Shown here: positions 13,069 to 25,105 of the stretch, piece by piece
Layout of the letters: each line of letters starts with the position of its first letter
Numbering within the stretch: position 1 is the stretch's first letter
Program-made: the position numbers and the translations under genes
Notes under the pieces: model-generated
The model's database searches: none
What the model saw: the letters and a program-made list of their open reading frames with translations, nothing else
What the model was told of the DNA's origin: nothing
NCBI RefSeq assembly: GCF_048593235.1
Contig: NC_133620.1
Coordinates: forward strand, 373,517,261 to 373,581,260
From: Sminthopsis crassicaudata
Taxonomy: Eukaryota
Direction: 5' to 3'
DNA: 64,000 nt

Positions 13069-13699
13069 TTCGCGGGGTTTCCAGGAGGCCTGCTGAGATG
13101 CCCTTCGGAGAGCCCTCCTTCATCTCTGCCATTTTTTCTTCACGTCGCTTCATTTCCCCAGTTTGGGTAAAGGGGAAAGAGTACTGTTAGGTAGGAGTGA
13201 GAGGACAGTGAGAAGCCATAGCCTCCCTCTTTCCCAGAGCCACTGCAAAAGTCTGATTCCCGTTGCCCCAAAGGAAGGAAGGAAGGACACTCGGGCCTCT
13301 GGGACAAAGCCCCCTGCCCCTCCCTACAACCCCCATCCCCCTCCCGCAGTGAGATGGCCGGGGCCGGAGACCACCTGGCCCCAAGATGGCAGCTTCCCGG
13401 GGAGAAACCCAGCTCAGATAGAACGTCCCTGCTTGCCTTGTGGGGCCGATCCTGGCAGGCCATTTCTGTTCTATATTTCTAATTTATAAATGTTGGTGAG
13501 TGCGTAGGTGCACCTACGTAACCTTATATATACATAACCTTAGCTCCTCTGAGGAAGACAGCATGCACTACCTACGCACATGCACATATACATAAACATA
13601 CCTAACTTGCACAAACACCATAGGGAATATATACCGGCCTTCTCCTTTGCCAGATGCTCTTTCAAATTATGCCCCCGAAGTGTTCCTCAGGGCCCTTCT

Positions 13700-14020
13700 C
13701 TCTTCCCTTGCTAATCTCACTAGTCCCTGTGGATTTAATTATCCGCCATCTCTATGCTGAGGATTCTCAGGGCTCCCTTTCCCGTCCCAATCTCTCTTCT
13801 GAGCTCCAATCTGACGGTTCTGTAGGTCCAAACAGGCCCAAAACAGAACTAATCGGCCTTTCCCCTAATCACTCCCTTCTTCCTTTGTTACTGTAGAGGT
13901 TAACATCACCCTCCAGGCCCTCGGGTTTCTGCCTAGGAGTTCCATCCTGGATTCCTCCCAGTCTCCATCCCACCACATCCAAGCCGTTGCCAAGACTTAC
14001 GGAGTCCATCTTTCAAACCT
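13700..14020. mobile_element. Old L2 LINE fragment
   Basis: catctctatgctgaggattctcag...tctctcttctgagctccaat resembles the conserved L2 ORF2/3' segment. Recognised from memory. Confidence 0.55.
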
Positions 14021-14029
14021 CTGCTCCAT

Positions 14030-14155
14030 GGGGGCCAGCTCACTGTCCCTGACTGTGGAGGGCCGGACTACAGTAAAAACAAAAGCTCACGCTCTGTCTC
14101 CGCCCCTCCGCCCATTTGCCCTAACCGGGCAGGCGAACTAGTTTGAGAACCCCTG
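14030..14155. mobile_element. Non-autonomous hAT DNA transposon (OposCharlie1/OC1-like MITE), left end degraded
   Basis: gggggccagctcactgtccctgactgtggagggccggactacagtaaaaacaaaa...tagtttgagaacccctg. The 3' end is a hAT-type TIR (CAGGGG.TCTCAAACTA on the opposite strand). Confidence 0.6.
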
Positions 14156-14289
14156 AGATAAAGTATCATAGTTTGAGAAGATGGTAGGATCAAGGAAGAA
14201 TTTTTCTTCAAAGATAAGATGTAGGATTATTTATAGGCATCAAGGTAGGATAGAACAGAGAATGATTGGAATGATTGATGGGAGAAAGT

Positions 14290-15945
14290 GGTTCTGGAAG
14301 CAATTTACTTTTGGGACACAATGAAATCAAGAGTACAAATCTACTCTCAGATTGGCTAACATGACAAGAAAAGATAACGTGGAATGTTGGAGGGGATGTG
14401 GGAAAACTGGGACTTTTTTTGTTGTTGTTTTTTAATTTTATAATTATAAAAAAATTTTAACAGTACATATGCATGAGTAATTTTTTTTATAACATTATCC
14501 CTTGTGTTCATTTTTCCAAATTTTCCCCTCCCTCCCTCTAGTCCCTCCCCCCGATAACAGGCAATCTCATACATTTTACATGTGTTACAGTATAACCTAG
14601 ATACAATACATGTGTGTAAATACCATTTTCTTGTTGCACATTAAGAATTGGATTCCAAAGGTATAAGTAACCTGGGTAGATAGACAGTAGTGCTAACAAT
14701 TTACATTCACTTCCCAGTGTTCCTTCTCTGGGTGTAGTTGTTTCTGTCCTTCATTGATCAACTGGAAGTGAGTTGGATCTTCTCTATGTTGAAGATTTCC
14801 ACTTCCATCAGAATACATCCTCATACAGTATTGTTGTTGAAGTGTACAGCGATCTTCTGGTTCTGTTCATTTCACTCAGCATCAGTTGATGTAAGTCTCT
14901 CCAAGCCTCTCTGTATTCCTCCTGCTGGTCATTTCTTACAGAGCAATAATATTCCATAACTTTCATATACCATAATTTACCCAACCATTCTCCAACTGAT
15001 GGACATCCATTCATCTTCCAGTTTCTAGCCACTATGAAAAGAGCTGCCACAAACATTTTGGCACATACAGGTCCCTTTCCCCTCTTTAGTATTTCTTTGG
15101 GATATAAGCAAACTGGGACATTGTTGAAGTTGTGAACGGATCCCACCCTTCTGGAGAGCAGCTTGGAACTATGGTCAAAAAGTTATCCAACTGAGCATAG
15201 CCTTTGACCCAGCAATGTTTCTACTGGGATCATATGCCAAAGAGATAGATCTTAATGGAGGAAAAATGTGCAAAAATGTTTGTGGCGGCCCTTCTTGTAG
15301 TGAAAAGAAACTGGAAACTGAGGGGTTTCCCATCAATTGGAGAATGGCTGAATAAGTTATGGTCTATGAATGTTATGGAATATTATTGTTCTGTAAGAAA
15401 CAACCATCAGGATGATTCCAGAGAGTCCTGGAGAGACTGACAAGAACTGATGCTGAGTGAAATGAGCAGCACTGGGAGATCAGTATACAAGGAAAAAAAA
15501 AGATTATATAATGACCAATTCTGATGGACGTGGCTCTCTTCAACAATGAGATCATTCAAACCAATTCCAGTTATTCAGTGATGAAAAGAGCCATCTACAC
15601 CCAGAGAGAGAATTGTGGGAACTGAGTGTGAATTACAACATAGCATTCTCACTCTTTCTGTTATTGTTTGTTTGCATTTTTTGTTTTCCTTCTTAGGTTT
15701 TTTTCGTTCTTTCTAGATCCGATTTTTCTTGTGCAGCAAGACAATTGTATAAATACATATACATATATTGGATTTAACATATGTTTTAACATATTTAACA
15801 TGTATTGGACTACCTGCCCTCTAGGGGAGGGGGTGGGGGGAAGGAAGGGAGAATTTGAAACAAAAGGTTTTGCAAGGGTCAATGTTGAAAAATTACCTAT
15901 GCATATGTTTTGTAAACAAAAAGCTATAATAATAATTTTTTAAAA
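14290..15945 (+). mobile_element. Older L1 3' region, interrupted by the nested L1
   Basis: L1 sequence is collinear across the insertion (cagattggctaacatgac...aaactgggac|attgttgaagttgtgaacggatcc...aaaatgtttgtggcggccc) and ends in an A-rich tail at ~15940. Confidence 0.8.
14414..15109 (-). mobile_element. 5'-truncated L1 nested inside an older + strand L1
   Basis: Poly-T at 14414. The 10-bp TSD aaactgggac is at 14404-14413 and 15110-15119. ORF 14808-15146 encodes the L1 ORF2 C-terminal-like YPKEILK...CAKMFVAALFIVARNWK...CPSVGEWLGKLWY. Confidence 0.85.
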
Positions 15946-18498
15946 AGAGTATAAGTCTAGATGCTGGTCTTGGTGAGGAAAAAGACAATCTCTTCAACAA
16001 AAACAAGAGTAATGGTAAAGGGAACACTTCCTGATGACTAGGGCCTTTAAAATGAGGAGAAAAGAGAGTACTCATAGAAAATGCTCTCTATTTTCTGATT
16101 CAAGGTTCTGATTGAGGTTCTCTGCTGAGAGATATAGCAGAGGGATGATGTTGGAACTATATAAATGTCAGATATTATTATTAGGAAATATGAAATATAC
16201 AAGTGTAACTAATCAAAAACCATATATTCTAACAATGTGAGATTATGAATCCTATGAGGTCTAAGTCATTACCAACCGAGAAGGAAATAGCTAAAACCAG
16301 GATTCTATTCCGATAAATAAATATCTGTTGATTAAAGGTAAGCTGAGTACCTACTCTGTGTCCAACACTATGCCAAGAACTCTACAAACCATTGTCCTAC
16401 TTACAGTTGTTCATGCCTGAGAGTTCAGATTCTCAATTCCTATTGTATGTGTGTGTGCATATGTATGTATATGTGTACATCTCTGTATAGAGAGAGCATA
16501 TCTATGTGTATGTATATATGCATACATGAAAATATGGATATATATCTACACACTATGAAAACTACTGGCTAGGAAGTTCCCTGGATTCCCCTTCCAAAAT
16601 CCTAAAAACTACATTAATATTCTTCTTGATCAAAAGGTCTCCAGGTGGGTGTCAAATCCATCCACCTTATGGTCCAGTCAACTCGAATTGCTCCAGAACT
16701 GCACCATAGCTTTTGTGTTCACAATAATTCTGGCTGCTGTTGTGGGAGAGTAGTAGTTAATTCTGGTTCCCTAAATCCAAAAGTATCTTGGCCCACAACA
16801 GGTACACAGAGAAGTGAGGCAGAGTCTCTGCCCTCAAGGAGTTTACAACCTAATTAAGGAGACAAGGAGTCAAGACAAAGACACATGAAAGACAAATAAT
16901 AATAATAATATTTTATTATTAATAGTTTATGTTTGTACACACTTATGTAACATACTTATGAATTACTTTACTGTTTTAAAGTATATCTCATTTTATTTTC
17001 ACAACAACTTTGTGAAATAAGACAGTGTAACAGATAATTATATTTGATGGGCAGTCAATACGCATTTATATTCTTCTCAAATATTTTTTTCTGGTTACAT
17101 ATAGAATTTGTTCAAAGTCTTCAGTATTTTAATTATATGTAAAAACTGTTTTTAACCATCATTTTTTACATTTTTGAGTTCTAAATTCTTTCCCTCCTTC
17201 TCCCCTCACCCTCCTCATTGAGAAGGAAAGCAATTTGATATGATTGTGCATGTGCAATCATGCAAAACATATTTCCATATTGTAAAAAAACAGATAAAAA
17301 AATCCCAAGAAAAATAAAGTAAAAAAAAAAAAAATGTTTCAAAATCCATTCAGACTCCATCAGTTCTTTCTCTTTAGGTAGACTGTCTTAAATCCTTCAG
17401 TATTGTCTTAGTTATTATATTGCTGAGAATAGCTAAATCATTCACAGTTGATCATCATACAATGTTGCTGTAACTGTTTACAATGTTCTTTCTTCTAGTT
17501 CTGTTATTTTCACTTTATATCAATTTGTTTAAGTTTTACCAGTTTTTTCCTGAAAGCATCCTGCTCTTTAGTAAGCTCTTACTATGTCAGGCATTGGAAA
17601 TGCAAAGAAAAGCAAAATTATGGTCCCTTCCTCCAAAGAATTTACCTTCTAATGGTGGAGACAATCTGTAAATAACTAGGTACTAATAGAAGATAATCTC
17701 AGAAAACTATAATAGAGGGTTGGGAGGGGATAAGTGGCAGAGATTAGAAAAAACTTTCAGGAGATGAAATTTGAATTCTTAAAGGAAACTAGTAGATGGG
17801 TAAAAATAAAGCCAAAGAGTATTGTAGGCATAAAGCATGGCCAGTGACAAGGGATAAAAAATTGCATGTTTACACTCCCCAATCTGTAACTGAAATTTAG
17901 TATTCAGTTATTCAAAAATTTTCTGACAAATGTCATACATTAGACATATTTCCTGAAATTTTCAATATATTAATCAGTTTTGCTGATGTTTCCCTTTTTT
18001 ACTTTTACTGTTGTTTTTCCAGTTTTTAAGACATTTTCATTTAAAGTTTTGAGTTCCAAATTCCCTTTCTTCTCTCCTTCTCTTTACCCCTCCCTAAAAC
18101 AGCAAGCATTGGATATGTTATATTATGTGTAATCATGTAAAACATTTTCATATTAGTCATTTTACACAAGAGAACTAGAATAAAGAAAAAATGAAAGAAA
18201 GTGAAAAAATAGCATGCTCAGTCAGCATACTCAGTCGATATCAGTTTTTGGTTTTTTTTTTTTTTTCTGGAGGCAGATGGTATACTTTATCATTCATCTT
18301 GGATCATTATGTTATTGAAAATAGCTAAGTCACTCACAATTCTTCATCAAACAATATTGCTATTATTGTGTTCTATGTACTCCTGGTTCTGTTCATTTCA
18401 CCATGATTCAGTTCATGTGAGTCTTTCCAGGTTTTCTGGAAATCATCTTGCTTGTCATTTCTTAAAGCAAAAAAAATTCCATTATAATTATATATCAC

Positions 18499-19515
18499 AT
18501 AAATGGTCAAAGGATATGAACAGACAATTTTCAAATAATGAAATTGAAACTATCTCCACTCATATGAAAGAGTGTTCCAAATCACTATTGATCAGAGAAA
18601 TGCAAATTAAAACAACTCTGAGATACCACTACACACCTGTCAGATTGGCTAAGATGACAGGAAAAAATAATGATGAAAGTTAGAGGGGATGTAGAAAAAC
18701 TGGGACACTGATACATTGTTGGTGGAGTTGTGAATGAATCCAACCATTCTGGAGAGCAATCTGGAATTATGCCCAAAAAGTTATCAAATTATGCATACCC
18801 TTTGATCCAGAAGTGTTATCACTGGGTTATGTCCCAAAGAGATACTAAAGCTTCCTGTATGTGCCAAAATGTTTGTGGCAGCCCTTTGTGTAGTGACTAG
18901 AAACTGGAAAATGAATGGATGCTCATCAAGTGGAGAATGGTTGGGTAAATTGTGGTATATGAATGTTATGGAATATTATTGTTCTGTAAGAAATGACCAG
19001 CAGGATGAATACAGAGAGGCTTGGAGAAACTTATATGAACTGATGCTGAGTGAAATGAGCAGAACTAAGAGATCATTATTCACTTCAACAACAATACTGT
19101 ATGAGGAGGTATTCTGGTGGAAGTGAATTTCTTCGACAAAGAAAAGATCTAATTCAGTTCCAATTGACCAATGATGGACAGAATCAGCTACACCCAGAGA
19201 AGGAACACTGGGAAATGAGTGTGAACTGTTTGCATTTTTGTTTTTCTTTCCAGGTTATTTTTACCTTCTGAATCCAATTCTTCCTGTGCAACAAGAAATT
19301 TGGTTCTGCACACATATAGTGTATCTAGGATATACTATAATATATTTAACATGCATAAGACTGCCTGCCATCTAGGGGAAGGAGTGAAGGGAAGGAAGGG
19401 AAAAATCAGAACAGAAGTGGATATAAGGGATAATGTAAACAATTACCCATGCATATGTACTATAAAAAAAAAAAAGTTATAATTATCAAATAAAAAATAA
19501 AATTTAAAAAAAAAT
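18499..19515 (+). mobile_element. 5'-truncated L1 inserted into an older minus-strand L1 (~17060-18490 and ~19525-20400)
   Basis: ORF2 C-terminal peptides KWSKDMNRQF...IREMQIKTTLRYHYTPVRLA and MFVAALCVVTRNWK; poly-A tail at ~19505; atatatca flanks both sides. Confidence 0.85.
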
Positions 19516-19699
19516 ATATATATATATCATAGCTTGTTTAGCTACTCTTCAATTAATGGATGTCCCTTTTATTTTCAATTATTAGCTGCCACAAAAAGAA
19601 CTTACTACAAATAGATCTTTTTCCCTTTTGTGGGTGTGTCTTTGGATAGAGATCTAGCAGTGGTATTGGCAGATCAAAGAATATTCAGGGTTTTGTTTT

Positions 19700-19862
19700 T
19701 TTTTCTTTTTGTCATTTTAATTTTTAGTGAGGCAATTAGGTTTAAGTGATTTGTCCAGGGTTACCCAGGTAGTAAATGTTAAGTGTCTGTGGCAATATTT
19801 GAATTCAGGTCATTCTAATTTCAGGGCCTGTCTTCTATCTACTTTCCCATCTAGCTGCCTCC
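19700..19862 (-). mobile_element. WSINE1-like SINE
   Basis: T-tract + gtgaggcaattagg.ttaagtgatttgtccagggttacccag...tttgaattcaggtc...tctagctgcc. Confidence 0.65.
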
Positions 19863-22800
19863 TAGAGTGTACACAGTTTTACAGCCTTTTGGTCATTGTT
19901 CTCCAGAATAGTTGGATCATTTCACTACTCTAGCAACAATGCATTAGTGTCCCCGGTTTTTTTCACATCCCCTCCAACATGCAACATTTCCTTTTTCTTT
20001 GGTCATATTTTGTCACACTCTGATACATGTGAAGTGGTACCTCCGAGTTGTTTTAATTTGTGCAAAAACTTTTAATTTTATATAATCAACGTTGTCCATT
20101 TTTCCCTGTGATTTTCTATTTTTTGGTCATAAATTTCTCATTTGCTAGTCATAAATTCTTCCCCTACTCATACTTATGAAAGGTAATTTTTTCCCCCTTG
20201 CTCCTCTAATTTGTTTATGCTGTCATCTTTTATATCTTACACCATATTTATTTGGAACTTATTTTGGCATAACTTATCTTGTGGTATAAATCTAATTTTT
20301 GCCAGATTTTTTTTCTAGTTTTCCGAATAGTTTTTATGAAATAGTGAGTCCTTACGCCAAGTGGCTAAGATATTTGAGTTTCATGAAAGCTATGCTACTA
20401 GCTTCTCTATGCTGTATAAGCAATTTTCTTCATCTTTAAAACAAAGGGCCTAGACTAGGTGATCTCTAAAGTTCTTTCCAGATCTAAATCCTATGATCCC
20501 TAGATTTTCTAACTCTCAAGTACATCACTCAATTCAAGAGTTAGGTAACTCCAAAGTAATTCCAGTAGATTGGATAGAAAATGCCATCTGCATCCAGGAA
20601 AAGTATTATGGAGATTGAATGTAAATCAACACATGTTATATAGGTTCACTTTTTTCTATTTTTTTTCCCCTCTCTCATGGCTTTTCTCTTTTGTTCTGAT
20701 TTTTATCTCCCAACATGATTCATAAAGCAATGTTTTAAAAATAAAGAAAAAAAAGTTAGATAACAATCCAGGAGTAGCAATGAATGATCATTGAACAATA
20801 TGGAAAGGGTTAGGAGAAGTAAATTCTATATGGTCTGTGTTCTGTAGTATTCCTATCAGAGCCTAGCATTATGTAGCTGTCATGATTAGTCAAGGTTCAT
20901 GGAGGAGCTAAGATTAAAAGTTAGATTTGAAAGGATAAATTGGAATGGAAGAGGTAGGGTGAGGGAGGCTATTTCAGCTTTATTTTGGAAAGGAAGAGTA
21001 ACCCAACTTGATTGGAGTATTATTGTGAAAAGTCTTGAACACCACACTGAGAAATATGAATTTTATACTTAAGTGAGGGGAAACCTCAAAGATTTTTTAA
21101 GCAGGGAAGGGATATAACCAAAGCAATGTTTCAGTACAATTCATCCAAAGGAGATAAGCAATACTTACCAGCAGTGGGAGTCTTTTTTGGAGGCTGAAAT
21201 CTCATAATCCTAGCACTTCAGAGCCAGAAAGGACATTTAAAACTGTTTCTCTTCATTTTCTTTTGTAGGTTTCAAGTAGACACATACTTGGGCTTCATCT
21301 TGTCTTTTTTTTTTTTTTTTTTTTTTTTTGCTTCTGTTTCAATCACTTTTTTTCTCTGCCTCCCTTTCACATATGTATCTCTTTCCCCGTCATTTTTACC
21401 TTTTTATACTTCTGGATCACAAGGAGACTGGGCACGGGACGCTATCATTTGGAGAATAAAATTAGGCTCCAATTCCTCTATATTAAACTGCATCCTTTGT
21501 TTTGTCTTACTCAGGCAGGCTCAGGGAGTGCTTGAACCTCTGAGTCAGGTGGAGATCAGCTCAGGGATTTGGGGAGGAGGCGTGAGAAGAGGGGGGGACC
21601 TTTGACTCAGAATCTTATCCAGTTCAGGTTTCCCAGGCTAATGCTGTTTTCTACCATGCCTTCTAGATGGCAGTAGTATTCATTCACAACAACATTTGTT
21701 CAGCATTTATTAAATACTGGCTATGTATAAAAGTCTGTTCACCAGGGGAGATACAGGAAATTAAGAATAGGCTTTGTCTTCATGGACAATCTATCCTCTG
21801 TGCCCTCTTACAATCCATCTTCCATGCATGTAATGTACTCCACCCTCATTACCCCCATTAAAACTCTTTTCTTCTTTCAAGGCTAAGTTCAGGTGTCAGC
21901 TCCTCCATAAAGCCTAACAATTCACATAGGAAAAGCCAAATGGATGAGGAAAGTTTTTTGTCTAGACTGTGATGTGAAGTTGAGTAGAAAGATGATTCAT
22001 ATAAAAAAATGGAATAAAAGTTCACATCTAGAAAATGTACAATTGGAAAAGGAGATGAGCTGGTCATGTATTAAGAGTAAAGAATAACATTCAGATAATC
22101 TAAGTGCTGTATTGGTATGTAGCTGTGGTAAGACAAATCTGTACTTTAATCTAGGCTAATTATATTTTCTCTAAAAGGAATGGAAAATGTCCCTGAGACT
22201 TAATGACCTGGGGCAGATAAGGCTCATGGCTTTGGCTTAGCTGTCTGGTGCCCTAGGGTCATCAAAGAGGCAAACCCACATGAAATCAGTATTCTCCAGA
22301 CTTGGTAAATGTTCCACAGGCAAAGGAATCAACATATTCTAACTGCCCTGACAACTAGACTCATTTCTGTGTGTGAAAGGGCATGTCTACCTGAGTCAAT
22401 TGCTATTTCTCTATTAAATGTCCCTTCCAGGCCATGGCTTAATAACACTTTTTTAGTTTTCTGTGAAATATTTTATGTGTGAACTACTAAAGCAGGTCTG
22501 AGTAACAACTCCCCAACAATACTGATAATGTTAAAAGACCTAGAGGAAAGTTTCTAGCATGATGTGCCTATTTTTTCTTTTCTTTTTTTAAATTAGTGAG
22601 GCAGTTGGGATTAAGTGACTTGCCCAAGATCACACAGCTAGTCCGATTTAAGGACAGATTGTGCTGTAACTACTACAGCATCTAGTTGCCCCTTTTCTTT
22701 TTATAAAAAATAAATTTTTATTGATATTTTCTATTTCTTATATCACCATAGCTGTTTCTAGTATCCCTCTACCTCTCCCTTCCATATGACCAGTTGTTTT

Positions 22801-23485
22801 TTAAGAAAAGAAAAAAAGTCAGCATTTCTAATAAATTGAAAAAGGCTGAAAACATGTATAATGTGGAACTCCTACCTCCACAAAGGGGTAGGTGGGAGAT
22901 GTATTCTCATCTCTCTTAATTTTATTCCTACTTGATTCTTTATAATTTTCTTAAATTTAATTTTTGTTAAATTTAATTTTGATTTTTTGTGTATATGTGG
23001 TTGTTTTTTATTTACATAGTTATAGTTATTGCTTATATTGTTTATTTGATCCTGCTTTTTTTTTTAATTAAATCTATTTTCAAAACATATGCGTGGATAA
23101 TTTTTCAACATTGACCCTTGAAAAACTTTGTGTTCCAAATCCGTCCCCTTCTCTAGATGGCAAGTAATCCAATATATGTTAAACATGTTAAAATACATAT
23201 ATTAAATCCAATATATGTATACATATTTACACAATATCTTGCTGTACATGAAAAATCAGATCAAAAAGGAAAAAAAATTAGAAAGAAAAAAATGCACTCA
23301 AACAACAACAAAAAGAGTGAAAATGCAACGTTATGATCAAACTCAGTTTCCACAGTCCTGTCTCTGGGTGACGATAGCTCTCTTCATTACAAGACTATTG
23401 AACTGTTGGCCATGCTTATTTCACTCTGCATCAATTTGTGTAAATCTTCCCATGCTTCTCTGTATTCATCACATACATAATTTTT

Positions 23486-24942
23486 AAATTAATTTTATAA
23501 TTATAATTTTTTGACAGTACAAATGCATGGGTAAATTTTTTTTTACAACATTATCCCTTGTATTCACTTTTCCAAATTTCCCCCTCCTTCCCTCTACTCC
23601 CTCCCCTAGATGACAGGCAATCCCATACATATTAAATGGGTTACAGTATATCCTAGATACAATATATATGTGTAAAATCAAATTTCTTGTTGCACAGTAA
23701 GAATTGGATTCCGAAGGTATAAGTAACCTGGGTAGAAAGACAATAATGCAAACATTTTACACTCATTTTCCAATGTTCCTTCTCTGGGTGTAGTTGTTTC
23801 TGTCCATCATTAATCAATTGGAACTGAATTGGATCTTCTTTATGTTGAAGATAGCCACTTCAATTAGAATATATCTTTATAGAATATCATTGTTGAAGTG
23901 TATAGTGATCTCCTGGTTCTGCTCATTTCACTCTGCATCAGTCTCTCCAAGCCTCTCTGTATTCATCCTCATTTCTTACAGAGCAATAGTATTCCATAAC
24001 ATTCATATATCATAATTTACCCAACCATTCTCCAATTGATGGGCATCTATTCATTTTCCAGTTTCTAGCTACTACAAAAAGAACTGCCACAAACATTTTG
24101 GCACATACAGGTCCCTTTCCCCTCTTTAGTATTTCCTTGGGATATAAGCCCAGTAGTAACACTGCTGGATCAAAGGGTATGCACATTTTGATAACTTTTG
24201 GGGCATAATTCCAGATTGCTTTCCAGAATGGTTGGATTCTTTCACAACTCCACCAACAATGCATCAATGTCTCAGTTTTCCCACATCCCCTCTAACATTC
24301 ATCATTATTTGTTCCTGTCATCTTAGCCAATCTAACAGGTGTGTAGTGGTATCTCAGAGTTGTCTTAATTTGCATTTCTCTAATCAGTAATGATTTGGAA
24401 CACTCATATGAGTGGATATAGTTTCAATTTCATCATCTGAAAATTGTCTGTTCATATCCTTTGATCATTTATCAATTGGAGAATGGTTTGATTTCTTATA
24501 AATTAGATTAGTTCTCTGTATATTTTGGAAATGAGGCCTTTATCAGAACTTTTAACTGTAAAAATATTTTCACAATTTGTTACTTCCCTTCTAATCTTGT
24601 TTGCATTAGTGTTGTTTGTACAGAAACTTTTTAGTTTGATGTAATCAAAATCTTCTATTTTGTGATCAATAATGATCTCTAGTTCTCCTTTGGTCATAAA
24701 TTCCTTCCTCCTCCACAGGTCTGAGAGGTAAACTATCCTATATTCCTCTAATCTATTTATGATCTCATTCTTTATGCCCAAATCATGGACCCATTTTGAT
24801 CTTATCTTAGTATATGGTGGTGTTAAGTGTGGGTCCATATCTAATTTCTGCCATACTAATTTCCAGTTTTCCCAACAGTTTTTTTTTTTCAAATAAAGAA
24901 TTCTTATCCCAAAAGTTGGTATCTTTGGGTTTGTCAAACACT
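23486..24942 (-). mobile_element. 5'-truncated L1 (ORF2 C-terminal part + 3' UTR)
   Basis: Minus-strand ORF 24503-24937 (CWENWKLVWQKL.MDPHLTP.TKIRSKWVHDL...IKLKSFCT...DKGLISKIYREL) is L1 ORF2; the 3' UTR and A-rich tail lie toward 23486. Confidence 0.9.
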
Positions 24943-24958
24943 AACATACATCATTTTT

Positions 24959-25105
24959 TCTGCCTTTTTTTTTTTTCTCTTGAGGTTGGGGTTAAGTGAC
25001 TTGCCCAGGGTCACACAGCTAGGAATTGTCTGAGTCACATTTGAACTCGGGTCCCTCGTGAATTCAGGGCTGGTGCTCTATCCACTGCGTCACCTAGCTG
25101 CCCCT
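24959..25105 (-). mobile_element. WSINE1-like SINE with 16-bp TSD
   Basis: ggggttaagtgacttgcccagggtcacacagctagg...tttgaactc...tatccactgcgtcacctagctgcccc, flanked by aacatacatcattttt at 24943-24958 and 25106-25121. Confidence 0.85.
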
